A DNA stretch of 64,000 bases from NCBI GenBank assembly GCA_963713955.1, contig OY970216.1, forward strand, positions 296,850-360,849. Reading direction: 5' to 3'. The stretch is from an uncultured bacterium (GTDB lineage: Bacteria; Patescibacteriota; Minisyncoccia; UBA6257; GWB1-50-10). The position numbers and the translations under genes are program-made. This document shows positions 27,167-35,781 of this stretch, one piece after another (positions within the stretch are counted from its first letter, which is position 1; each line of letters starts with the position of its first letter). Under the pieces are notes generated by a model. It was given only the letters and a program-made list of their open reading frames with translations. It was not told the origin of the DNA and searched no databases.

Positions 27167-28321
27167 ATGTTTAGTTTCCGCGTTTTGAAGAAAGATAAAA
27201 ATTCACTGGCTCGCACCGGCGTCATCGAAACTCCTCACGGCGTTGTCGAGACGCCGGCGTACGTCGTGGTCGGTACGAACGCGGCTGTCCGGACGCTCAC
27301 ACCCCACGATATCACGGAAACCAAGACGCAGATCGTCATTGTGAACACCTACCACATGTGGAAAGATTTGGGCGAGAAGTTGGAAACGTTCAGCGGGTTG
27401 CACGAGAAGATGGAATGGAGTGGGCCCTTGATGACCGACAGTGGGGGATTCCAGGTTTTCAGTTTCGGTTTTGGAAGGGAACACGGAATCGGAAAGGTAA
27501 GAGAAGTACCCAGTCGCTCTTCCGAAAATCTGACGAAGATAACCGAAGAAGGTGTTTATTTTTATGATGACAAAGAAAGATTTTTGAGTCCAGAAATCTC
27601 GATGCATATCCAGGAAAAGCTGGGAGCCGATATTGTATTCGCCTTTGACGAATGCACATCGCCTTTGAACAGTTATAAGTACGTGAAAGATAGTATGGAG
27701 AGAACACATCGGTGGGCTCTGCGATCGCTTGCGACAAAGATGAGAAGTGACCAAGCACTCTATGGCATCGTTCAGGGAGGAGAGTTCAGAGACTTGCGTG
27801 AAGAAAGTGCCCGGGTTATCGGCAGGATGGCGTTTGAAGGGCTCGCCATCGGCGGATCATTCGGCAAACTAGAAATGCATGATGTTCTCCGATGGACGGT
27901 GCCGCTTCTTCCCGATGGAAAGCCGCGACACCTTTTAGGAATTGGGAGGATCGAGGATGTCCTAAATGCCGTCGAGCTTGGTATTGATACATTTGATTGC
28001 GTGATCCCAACGAGGGAGGCGCGCCACGGATCGCTTTGGACGGAGGGTGGACGCTTCGATGTCAGAAAAGGAAAGTATGAGAATGATGAAAATAGAATTC
28101 AGGATGACTGCTCATGTCCCGTTTGTTCCAAAAACGTGACGAGGAGCGAGTTGCACAATCTTTTCAAATTGAGAGACCGGGAAGCCGGGAGATTGGCGAC
28201 GATCCATAACGTCTGGTTTTTCAACGATCTGATGCGGCGGATCAGAGAATCGATAAAAGAAGGAAAATTTGGAGAATTGAAGAAGGAATACCTTGAATTA
28301 GGGGTTAGGCATAGGGTATAG
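27167..28321 (+). CDS. tgt: tRNA-guanine transglycosylase
   Basis: ARTG.IETPHG.VETP, NTYH, TDSGGFQVFS, FDECT, GIVQGG, PRHLLG, DTFDCVIPTR.AR, CSCPVC..HN zinc site. Confidence 0.96.
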   Translation: MFSFRVLKKDKNSLARTGVIETPHGVVETPAYVVVGTNAAVRTLTPHDITETKTQIVIVNTYHMWKDLGEKLETFSGLHEKMEWSGPLMTDSGGFQVFSFGFGREHGIGKVREVPSRSSENLTKITEEGVYFYDDKERFLSPEISMHIQEKLGADIVFAFDECTSPLNSYKYVKDSMERTHRWALRSLATKMRSDQALYGIVQGGEFRDLREESARVIGRMAFEGLAIGGSFGKLEMHDVLRWTVPLLPDGKPRHLLGIGRIEDVLNAVELGIDTFDCVIPTREARHGSLWTEGGRFDVRKGKYENDENRIQDDCSCPVCSKNVTRSELHNLFKLRDREAGRLATIHNVWFFNDLMRRIRESIKEGKFGELKKEYLELGVRHRV

Positions 28322-28384
28322 AAAACCTCCCGAGCACTGAAAGCGCTTGGGAGGTCGTGTTGTTTCTGTTATAATAAAGGAGAA

Positions 28385-29590
28385 ATGAATCCCCACTACC
28401 GAAGCAGCTTCACCCTGATCGAACTCCTGGTCGTGATTGCGATCCTTGCCGTCTTAGCGACTGCCGTCGTCTTGGTCTTGAACCCTTCCCAGCTTCTTGC
28501 TCAAGGAAGAGACTCCACGAGATTGTCTGATCTTGCAGCCCTCCAGAGCTCCCTTGCTCTCTTCCAGGCAGATCAATGGAATCAATCCTTAGGAACCGCC
28601 TCAACAACATATCTCTCAATCCCCGATTCATCACCAACCTGCCAGAATACCGGCATCGTTCCTCCTCCAGGATGGAGTTATCACTGTTCTCCCGCATCAA
28701 CCTATGCCAAGACCGATGGATCCGGCTGGATCCCCCTGAACTTCACCCTCATATCGTCAGGAAGCCCCCTCTCAAAGCTTCCCATCGATCCCGTGAACAC
28801 TACCTCCTCCGGTCTCTACTACACCTATACCCCCGGAGGATCGTATGCCATCTCCGGCATGATGGAATCGCAGAAGTACCTCCCAACTGCAGCCAATGAC
28901 CAGGGCTATGATCCGGGACGCTATGAAGCCGGCTCCGACATCTCCCTCATTGCGAAGAGTGAAGGCCTAGTCGGCTGGTGGCCCCTCGATGGGAGCGCGA
29001 ATGACATGTCTGGGAACGGGAATCAGGGGACGTGGTTTGGATCCCTTATCGGAGGTTCCCACTATACCCAGGGGAAGGTAGGATCTGCAGGGAATTTCAA
29101 TGGAAGTGACAGTTATATAGATCTCAACTACAACCCCGCGATTGGTATGGGAAGTTTCTCTATCAGTCTATGGTTTAATTCTCAGGATAACACTGGCGTC
29201 TTGGGTAATCTCCAATTTTTGCTGAATAAATACCATGCGAGTGGCAGCAGATTTGATATCTATTTGACTGCGGACGGGACCGGTTTGTGTTACTACGTCC
29301 AAGGTGACAACGGTTACTTTGGCGGTTGCCCAGCCGTAGTGGCAAGAGGTGCGTGGAACTATGCGGTATTGGTTAGGGATGCATTGAGCGGTAAAGTCAG
29401 TTTATATCTCAATGGTTCTTTGGTGAGCAGTCAAAGTGACACAAGCGGGAACATACCGGTGACCGGCGGCTTTGTCTATGGGAATCAAGACAATCAACGA
29501 TGGGCGAAGGGTTTCGGTGATGACCTTCGCATTTACAACCGTGCTCTCTCCGCCGCGGAGATTGCTGCCATCTATAACGCCCAGCGATAG
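28385..29590 (+). CDS. Type IV pilin-like protein with LamG domain (paralog 2)
   Basis: RSS|FTLIELLVVIAILAVL; GLVGWWPLDG...DDLRIYNRALSAAEI. Confidence 0.9.
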   Translation: MNPHYRSSFTLIELLVVIAILAVLATAVVLVLNPSQLLAQGRDSTRLSDLAALQSSLALFQADQWNQSLGTASTTYLSIPDSSPTCQNTGIVPPPGWSYHCSPASTYAKTDGSGWIPLNFTLISSGSPLSKLPIDPVNTTSSGLYYTYTPGGSYAISGMMESQKYLPTAANDQGYDPGRYEAGSDISLIAKSEGLVGWWPLDGSANDMSGNGNQGTWFGSLIGGSHYTQGKVGSAGNFNGSDSYIDLNYNPAIGMGSFSISLWFNSQDNTGVLGNLQFLLNKYHASGSRFDIYLTADGTGLCYYVQGDNGYFGGCPAVVARGAWNYAVLVRDALSGKVSLYLNGSLVSSQSDTSGNIPVTGGFVYGNQDNQRWAKGFGDDLRIYNRALSAAEIAAIYNAQR

Positions 29591-29665
29591 TATCAAGTAT
29601 CATGTAGCAAGTGGAAAGTATTAAATCCCATCTACTTGATACTTTCTACTTAGTACTTCCTACCT
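29588..29665. repeat. Heptamer (aagtatc-type) inverted-repeat array after pilin 2
   Basis: tagtatc-aagtatc-atgtagc-aagtgga-aagtatt ... tctactt-gatactt-tctactt-agtactt; 22 bp (29631-29652) identical to 59088-59109. Confidence 0.75.
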
Positions 29666-29670
29666 GTCGA

Positions 29671-31902
29671 CTATTCCCAGTGTATTTCTTTTTCGAAGAC
29701 GCTCAATCTCTCCTTGAGGGCGGGGTATTTTTTTAGGTTGGGGTCGCCTTTGAGTGTTTGGAGCGCAAGTTCCCTTGTGCGTTTAACGAGATCGGGGTTT
29801 TGAATCGCTTTCATCGCGAGATCTGGCATGCCAGTCTGCGATTCTCCCAAAAATTCTCCCGGACCCCGGAGTTTCAGATCCTTTTCGGCCAATTCGAAAC
29901 CGTTCTTCGCTTCCACGATTGCTTTCAGTCTTTGGTTCACGTTCCTTGTTTCGGATTCAGTGAAGAGAAAGCAGTAGGATTGATGCTCGCCGCGGCCAAC
30001 GCGCCCTCGGAACTGGTAAAGCTGCGCGAGGCCGAACCGGTCAGCATCCTCGATCATCATGATCGTGGCGTTCGGGATGTCGACACCGACTTCGATGACT
30101 GAAGTGGAGATCAGGACATCTATCTTTTTATTCAGGAAATTGCTCATGATTTCTTCCTTGTCGGCCGATTTCATTTTCCCGTGAAGCATCGCGACCGCGA
30201 GATCGGGGAAAATTTTCTTGGAAAGTTTCTCATATTCTTCTTTGACGGCCTTGACCCCGTACCACAAGAAATCTCTTGAGAGTGGAGGATGAGCGTTCGA
30301 GCTGTTTTGTGAAACGTACTTCTCAATACTGTGACGGTGAGCTTGTGGTACAGGGTTGACCTGCCAGAGAAGCGCCGTTTTGTAATTTCCGGAAACTGCG
30401 CTTTCTTCAGCCGGATCTATCCTCGGGTATATCACGAAAGCCTGTCTGCCTTCCCGCACTTCGCTTCTTATGAATTCATACGCTTTCTTTCTTTCTGCCG
30501 GCGAAACCGCTTTGGTTATTATTTTTTTCCTGTTTTTGGGCATCTCCGTTATGAGAGACAGGTCAAGATCTCCGAAAAGAGTCAGACTCAAAGTTCTTGG
30601 AATGGGCGTCGCCGACATGCTCAAAAAGTGGGGGATCAAAGACGATTCCCGTCCGCTTAAGAGTTCGGCTCTTTGCTTTACGCCGAATCGGTGCTGTTCG
30701 TCGACCACCACCAGGGCCAAGTTGGGAAACTCGACGTACTTCTGGAGAAGCGCGTGCGTCCCAATGATTATCTTTACTTTGTCCCTTTTTATTTCATCCG
30801 CCGCCTGTTTTTTCTTGATCTCACTCGATAGGCCGTGGCCGTAGAAGATCTCGCTTTCGCCGGAGGTCAAGAGAAGAACACCGCTCTCAAAATCGCCGAA
30901 GAGCTTGATGAAGGTATTGTAGTGCTGGGAAGCGAGGATCGAGGTCGGGGCCATGAAAGCCACTTGGCGGCCCGCCTTCGCGGCGTTCAGGGCCGCGACA
31001 GCCGCTATAACCGTCTTCCCCGATCCGACGTCGCCTTGGAGAAGCCGGTTCATGGGTATCTTTTTCGAAGTGTCCGTGAGTATTTCCCAAAGGGATTTTT
31101 TTTGCGAGAGGGTGAGTTCGAAGGGAAGTTTGCCGATGAGCGATTTTACGTAATCCAGATCTATTTTCACGTCTATCGATTCGCTTTTGGCCAGTATTAT
31201 TTTTTGCCTCAGGTTATAGAGTTGGAGCAGGAACAAGTCTTCAAAGGCGAATCTCCTCCTCGCTGCAGCCGCGTCGTCAAGATTTTCGGGGAAATGTACG
31301 TTTCTCAAGGCCTCACGTAGGCCGGGCAAATTCTCTTCAGACAGCATTTCGCGGGGCAGGGGCTCGTCCGGCATTTTGAGGTCCGAGAGAGCCGTGCTTA
31401 CCATATTTCTGATTCCCTTGGAGGTGAGACCTTTCGTCTCGGGGTAGACCGGCACTATTCGTGCCGTGTGTTTTGGTACCGCATCGTCGCTCCTCACGAT
31501 TTCGTAGGTGGGGTTGGAGAGGTAGATCTCTGCGGAGCCGGAGGTTTTCCCGGAAAAATTTGCGGTTACTCCCGGCTGGAGAACGTTTTTGACATAGGGT
31601 TGGTTGAACCAAATAGCTCGGATCGATCCGGAGTCGTCCGAGATGAGGGCCTCCGTGATGTAAATGTTCTTTTTCCAGCTTCTTCTTGTGTTTATCTCAT
31701 CGATAGTTCCTTTTATGGTTGCCTCTTGTCGGGGTATCAAGTCCGCGATTTTGTAAATTTCGGAGAAGTCCTCATAGCGGGTGGGGAAGTGGAACAAGAG
31801 ATCCCGTACCGTTTCAATGCCGAGGTTTTTGAGCTTGGCCTTCCATCGCTCGCCGACAGATTTTATTTTGGAAACCGGATCGTCCAGGTTTATCACACCC
31901 AT
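29671..31902 (-). CDS. recG: ATP-dependent DNA helicase RecG, carrying a 35-aa in-frame insertion
   Basis: LLFHFP.RYED, PMNRLLQGDVGSGKT, DEQHRFGV.QR, MSATPIPRTL, VIEVGVDIPNAT, GLAQL.Q.RGRVGRG, GF.LAE.DL.LRGPGE. Confidence 0.95.
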   Translation of the reverse strand: MGVINLDDPVSKIKSVGERWKAKLKNLGIETVRDLLFHFPTRYEDFSEIYKIADLIPRQEATIKGTIDEINTRRSWKKNIYITEALISDDSGSIRAIWFNQPYVKNVLQPGVTANFSGKTSGSAEIYLSNPTYEIVRSDDAVPKHTARIVPVYPETKGLTSKGIRNMVSTALSDLKMPDEPLPREMLSEENLPGLREALRNVHFPENLDDAAAARRRFAFEDLFLLQLYNLRQKIILAKSESIDVKIDLDYVKSLIGKLPFELTLSQKKSLWEILTDTSKKIPMNRLLQGDVGSGKTVIAAVAALNAAKAGRQVAFMAPTSILASQHYNTFIKLFGDFESGVLLLTSGESEIFYGHGLSSEIKKKQAADEIKRDKVKIIIGTHALLQKYVEFPNLALVVVDEQHRFGVKQRAELLSGRESSLIPHFLSMSATPIPRTLSLTLFGDLDLSLITEMPKNRKKIITKAVSPAERKKAYEFIRSEVREGRQAFVIYPRIDPAEESAVSGNYKTALLWQVNPVPQAHRHSIEKYVSQNSSNAHPPLSRDFLWYGVKAVKEEYEKLSKKIFPDLAVAMLHGKMKSADKEEIMSNFLNKKIDVLISTSVIEVGVDIPNATIMMIEDADRFGLAQLYQFRGRVGRGEHQSYCFLFTESETRNVNQRLKAIVEAKNGFELAEKDLKLRGPGEFLGESQTGMPDLAMKAIQNPDLVKRTRELALQTLKGDPNLKKYPALKERLSVFEKEIHWE
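30251..30360. mobile_element. Palindromic element inserted in-frame in recG
   Basis: TIR ACCCCGTACCACAAG (30254-30268) / CTTGTGGTACAGGGT (30342-30356), 14/15; flanking TTGAC direct repeats 105 bp apart (35 codons). Confidence 0.8.
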
Positions 31903-32069
31903 AACTAAGATTTCGATAAAGTGTCTTGCAACCTTTCCTTCAATCTTCTTAAGCTTTGCGCATGGTATTTAAGCTTCGATTCTCTTTGTTTGAAGTACAT
32001 CCTAAATAGAGAGATTTATCTACACCCCTTAGTAAATAAACATAGTACATATCTTAGTTATGGGTGTGA
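31893..32069. mobile_element. 177-bp MITE-like element at the recG 5' end
   Basis: Perfect 19-bp TIR TCACACCCATAACTAAGAT / ATCTTAGTTATGGGTGTGA; AT-rich interior. Confidence 0.8.
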
Positions 32070-32119
32070 CGAGACATCGCGCATATTATAGCGCGAATTT
32101 AGTAACAAGTAACTGTTTG

Positions 32120-32192
32120 TCCGCCCCCTGGGAATCGAACCCAGAACCTTAGGATTAAGAGTCCTCTGCTCTGCCAATTGAGCTAGGGGCGG
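32120..32192 (-). tRNA. tRNA-Lys(CTT)
   Basis: CCGCCCC/GGGGCGG acceptor, loop CT-CTT-AA, T-arm CTGGG-TTCGATT-CCCAG. Confidence 0.95.
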
Positions 32193-32259
32193 TCATTGGA
32201 ATTGTAAATTGAAAACGAAGAAAATTCCAGTTTCTGCCTCGTCCGGATTCGCCGAGATT

Positions 32260-33129
32260 CTATCTACTGATTCTTGAGAGAAGAATGATTCCGATGCACG
32301 CGATTGCGACGCCTACGAGTTGGTGCCATCTCAGTTTTTCTTTGTTAAAGAAGATTCCGAGGAAAACCGCCAGCGCTATGTAGCTTTCGCTGATGGTCGT
32401 AGCGATGGAGATCGGAATCAGAGTCGTCGAGTAGGCATAGAAAACCCAAGCTGCGTTATCAATGACGCTTTGGGCTGTTATGACTGCTGGATATTGCTTG
32501 AAATCGCGTACTATGCTTTTGAGGTTACCGTTGGCGAGGAGATAGACGAAGCAAAAGACGGCGAGTGAGCCGTGAATGAACCATATGGCCAGAAGAGGTG
32601 AGACCTCCTGGCTTGAGACGCCCACCAGAAAATTCATGAGACCCATCCCGACGGCGGCCAGTCCTGCCAACATAACGCCTCTCTCGAAAACCCGTTTATG
32701 GTAGTGTAAGTGCGTATGATGGAGGGTGATTGCGAGCGTTACACCGATAAATATCGAAAAGATGAGGAGAGCTTGGATCAGCGAAATGTGTTCATGCCAG
32801 ATAGTTATGCTTAAGCCGACGGCTACGGGAACTTCTATGCCGAGGAGCGGTTCGACAATGGCGATTTTGCCCCTTTTCAAGGCTTCAAAGTCGAAAAGAG
32901 CTCCAAAGAACATAACCAAGCTCCCCAGGACTAACACGGCTATGTTCTGAGGATGCATCCAAAGCGCTGGTAATTCGTGGGCTATCAGCGGGAAGATGAC
33001 GACGAGAGCCGTAATCCCTATGAAGAACAAAGTCTTCCAGTCGCCGATTTTCCGGGTGGTTCGCTGGATCAAGAAATCCCCCAATCCCCACCCTAAAAGT
33101 GCTCCTATTGCAAAAAGTATTCCCAACAT
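32260..33129 (-). CDS. EamA/DMT family transporter
   Basis: Two EamA repeats, about 10 TM; start ATG 33129 (the longer ORF-track start overlaps tRNA-Arg). Confidence 0.88.
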   Translation of the reverse strand: MLGILFAIGALLGWGLGDFLIQRTTRKIGDWKTLFFIGITALVVIFPLIAHELPALWMHPQNIAVLVLGSLVMFFGALFDFEALKRGKIAIVEPLLGIEVPVAVGLSITIWHEHISLIQALLIFSIFIGVTLAITLHHTHLHYHKRVFERGVMLAGLAAVGMGLMNFLVGVSSQEVSPLLAIWFIHGSLAVFCFVYLLANGNLKSIVRDFKQYPAVITAQSVIDNAAWVFYAYSTTLIPISIATTISESYIALAVFLGIFFNKEKLRWHQLVGVAIACIGIILLSRISR

Positions 33130-33135
33130 TTTTTG

Positions 33136-33209
33136 TGCGCCCTGCAGGAATCGAACCTGCAACCCTCTGCTTCGAAGGCAGATACTCTATCCAATTGAGC
33201 TAAGGGCGC
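33136..33209 (-). tRNA. tRNA-Arg(TCG)
   Basis: GCGCCCT/AGGGCGC acceptor, TCTGC-CT-TCG-AA-GCAGA anticodon arm, A20 in D-loop. Confidence 0.95.
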
Positions 33210-33365
33210 AGTCTTACGCTATCATCTTATAACTTTTGATGGCCTTTTGAAAGCTATGGAGAGGAATGAAAACATCCTCTCACTAAAGCCTCCAGTCGTT
33301 AAAATCCAATTCGCTCCCTCGCTCCTCGCCACCCAGCTTCGATTCTTCCCCTTTATTCTACAAAG

Positions 33366-33515
33366 AAGCTCCCGTGCAGGTATTTTGAAGAAGCTTACGG
33401 AAGCGAAAAAGCTTGGTTCCCGAGCGGAAGCGAGGGATTTTTCGCTGAGAAGCAGCGGGCTCTTGCCGCTGGAGCAAGAGAACCGTGGTTCTGAGAAATA
33501 CCTGCACGGGAGCTT
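33366..33515. repeat. 150-bp element with perfect 20-bp terminal IR
   Basis: AAGCTCCCGTGCAGGTATTT / AAATACCTGCACGGGAGCTT; interior CCCGAGCGGAAGCGAGGGATTT matches the reverse complement of the CTCGC..GCTCGGG motif of the 210-bp repeats. Confidence 0.75.
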
Positions 33516-33558
33516 TACTACATTTCATTTTAACTCTGCCTATTCTAAAATTATCGTA

Positions 33559-35040
33559 ATGACGTTGAAGATACCGAAAGAAGTGAAAGAGGCAGTGAAG
33601 AAACTGGAAACCGCGGGGTACGAAGCGTACCTCGTCGGCGGGTGCGTACGGGACGTGGTACTCGGGAAGATTCCCAAGGATTGGGACATCGCGACGAACG
33701 CCCGGCCTGAGGAGATGCAGAAAATTTTCCCGGAGAGCGTCTACGAAAACAATTTCGGAACCGTGGGCGTGAAAACCGATTCGGATGATGAAACTTTGAA
33801 AATACTCGAAGTGACAACGTTCAGATCGGAGAGCGTCTATGAAGATCGGAGACATCCCAAAGATGTGAAATTTGTCTCGACGATCGAGGAAGATTTGTCA
33901 CGCCGGGATTTCACTGTGAACGCCATGGCACTCTCGTTCGGTTCGAAATTCGAAATTCGAAATTCGAAATTTTCGCTGATCGATCCCTTTGATGGCCGGA
34001 GAGATTTGAAGAAAAAAATCATACGGGCAGTCGGCGATCCACACAAGCGCTTCGAAGAGGACGCTCTGCGTCTCATGCGGGTCACGCGGTTCGCGGTTGA
34101 ACTCGATTTCGCCATAGAGCCCCGGACGCTCGAAGCGGTCAAGAAAAATGCCGGCCTCATCGAAGAGATAGCAAAAGAAAGGATCCGCGACGAGCTCGTG
34201 AAGGTCGTCATGTCCGACCGGGCGGCCGAGGGCATCATTCTTCTCGAGGACACGGGACTCTTGAGATACATTATTCCGGAACTTCGGGAGGGCATCGGTT
34301 GCGAACAGAACAAGCATCATATCTATACTGTCTTTGACCACAACGTGCGGGCGCTGAATTACACCGCCGAAAAGAAATATTCGCTCATCGTCCGCCTGGC
34401 CGCTCTGCTCCATGACGTCGGGAAGCCGCGCGTCAAAAGGGGGGACGGGCCTGACTCCACGTTTTACAATCATGAGGTTATCGGCGGCAGGATGACTTTG
34501 AAGATACTGGATCGGTTGCGTTTTTCCAAGGAAGTAGTGGAAAAAGTCGGCCATCTGGTGAGGTTTCACCTCTTCTACTACAACGTCGGCGAAGTGACGG
34601 AGGCTGGCGTCCGGAGGTTTTTGGCGCGGGTCGGTCCCGAAAACGTGGGTGATTTGCTGAAAGTGAGGGAAGCGGATCGGATCGGTTCCGGCGTTCCCAA
34701 AGCCTTCCCTTATAAACTTCGTCACCTCCTCTTTATGATCGAGAAGGTGAAGCGCGATCCTATTTCTCCCAAGATGCTCGAAATGAACGGCACGGACGTC
34801 ATGGGAATTTTGGACATCGGGCCGGGCCCGAAAGTCGGCTGGATTCTTTCGATACTTCTCGAGGAGGTTCTGGACGATCCCGCGAAGAACAAGCGCGGAC
34901 ACTTGGAGGAAAGAGTGAAATGTCTCGGCGCGCTTTCGGACAAGGAACTAAAGATCATGGCGGAAAAGGCGAAGGAAACCAAAGAGGAATTCGAGTCCGG
35001 AGTTGAAAGCGAAATGAAGAAGAAGTACTATGTAAAATAA
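33559..35040 (+). CDS. cca: CCA-adding tRNA nucleotidyltransferase (class II) with HD domain
   Basis: YLVGGCVRD..LG..PKDWDIAT, EVTTFR, DL.RRDFT.NA, IDPF.G, RF.ED.LR.MR..RF, ERIRDEL, LLHDVGKP; start ATG 33559. Confidence 0.9.
   Translation: MTLKIPKEVKEAVKKLETAGYEAYLVGGCVRDVVLGKIPKDWDIATNARPEEMQKIFPESVYENNFGTVGVKTDSDDETLKILEVTTFRSESVYEDRRHPKDVKFVSTIEEDLSRRDFTVNAMALSFGSKFEIRNSKFSLIDPFDGRRDLKKKIIRAVGDPHKRFEEDALRLMRVTRFAVELDFAIEPRTLEAVKKNAGLIEEIAKERIRDELVKVVMSDRAAEGIILLEDTGLLRYIIPELREGIGCEQNKHHIYTVFDHNVRALNYTAEKKYSLIVRLAALLHDVGKPRVKRGDGPDSTFYNHEVIGGRMTLKILDRLRFSKEVVEKVGHLVRFHLFYYNVGEVTEAGVRRFLARVGPENVGDLLKVREADRIGSGVPKAFPYKLRHLLFMIEKVKRDPISPKMLEMNGTDVMGILDIGPGPKVGWILSILLEEVLDDPAKNKRGHLEERVKCLGALSDKELKIMAEKAKETKEEFESGVESEMKKKYYVK
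33942..33969 (+). repeat. (TTCGAAA)x4 perfect tandem heptamer inside cca
   Basis: Reads SKFEIRNSK in the loop between RRDFT.NA and IDPF. Confidence 0.9.
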
Positions 35041-35043
35041 ATT

Positions 35044-35454
35044 ATGGATGTCAGATTCAGGAACGAAAAAATATGGAGAGTTCTCAGCAATTTTTGGACC
35101 ATCATTTTTATGGTCTTTTTGGTTCTTAATTTCTTGTTTCACGGACAGTTCGATTTTCTTACGGCGCCTTTCAGTGTCATCTATACGGGCATCTTAACCC
35201 TTTACGCCGGAACCAAAGAATTCGACCGGTGGTACGACGTTCATGAAAGCCGCCACCCGGGAGAACTCTTCATTATTGCCTGGACCGTGGTTATATTTTC
35301 GCTCGTATTTTTGTCCGTAATTTTGCCGGACGGCTATAAAGTTTCGTCCGAAACCGTAGCAGTCTACATAATGGTTCTCTCTATTTTCGCTCTGACTCAA
35401 AAATCGAAACAGCTCCATAAGCGCAAGCTGGAACGCAAGAAAAGCGGGAAATAA
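35044..35454 (+). CDS. Conserved-looking 4-TM hypothetical protein
   Basis: Hydrophobic helices; YAGTKEFDRW, GELF motif; 3 nt after the cca stop. Confidence 0.75.
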   Translation: MDVRFRNEKIWRVLSNFWTIIFMVFLVLNFLFHGQFDFLTAPFSVIYTGILTLYAGTKEFDRWYDVHESRHPGELFIIAWTVVIFSLVFLSVILPDGYKVSSETVAVYIMVLSIFALTQKSKQLHKRKLERKKSGK

Positions 35455-35462
35455 GTTGAAAC

Positions 35463-35615
35463 TTTACCCCGCACCAAGCCAAGCGCTGCAACGCCTCACG
35501 CTTCCGATATTCCTTCAAGCATCAGGCGGGATACAACTGCGAGGTTTTTCCCCTCCATTCGTGGGTCATCGTACGGCGTTGGAAGCGAAGCGCTTGATCT
35601 GGTGACGGGGTTTAC
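35463..35615. mobile_element. Palindromic MITE-like element (CCCC..ACC family)
   Basis: ACCCCGCACCAAGCCAAGCGCT ... AGCGCTTGATCTGGTGACGGGGT, with TTTAC direct repeats at 35463-35467 and 35611-35615. Confidence 0.75.
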
Positions 35616-35647
35616 TCTCTTCGCTTTTTCCTTTAAGCTTTTAGTGG

Positions 35648-35718
35648 CGGGGAGGAGTATGCCGGTAGTACACACGCTTCGGGTGCGTGCAGACCGGGTT
35701 CGATTCCCGGCTCCCCGA
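35648..35718 (+). tRNA. tRNA-Pro(CGG), atypical G8/G14
   Basis: CGGGGAG/CTCCCCG acceptor (C1-G72, A73), CACGC-TT-CGG-GT-GCGTG, CCGGG-TTCGATT-CCCGG. Confidence 0.88.
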
Positions 35719-35728
35719 CAAATAAAAG

Positions 35729-35778
35729 TTATCCCCAGATTTATGGCTTCCCGCTCTCATTATTGAGAGCGGGAAGCC
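35729..35778. terminator. Strong hairpin between tRNA-Pro and mutY; duplicated at 40522-40572
   Basis: GGCTTCCCGCTCTC-ATTATT-GAGAGCGGGAAGCC. Confidence 0.7.
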
Positions 35779-35781
35779 TTA

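Noticed and set aside
33247-33558. 104-aa N-terminal extension of cca in the ORF track
   Set aside because: Runs through a palindromic repeat; homology begins at MTLKIP and a -10 box sits 7 nt before ATG 33559. Similar over-extended starts were trimmed for the ORFs at 3556, 8933, 9169, 17749, 24305, 33162, 36720, 45812, 46170, 48385 and 52104.
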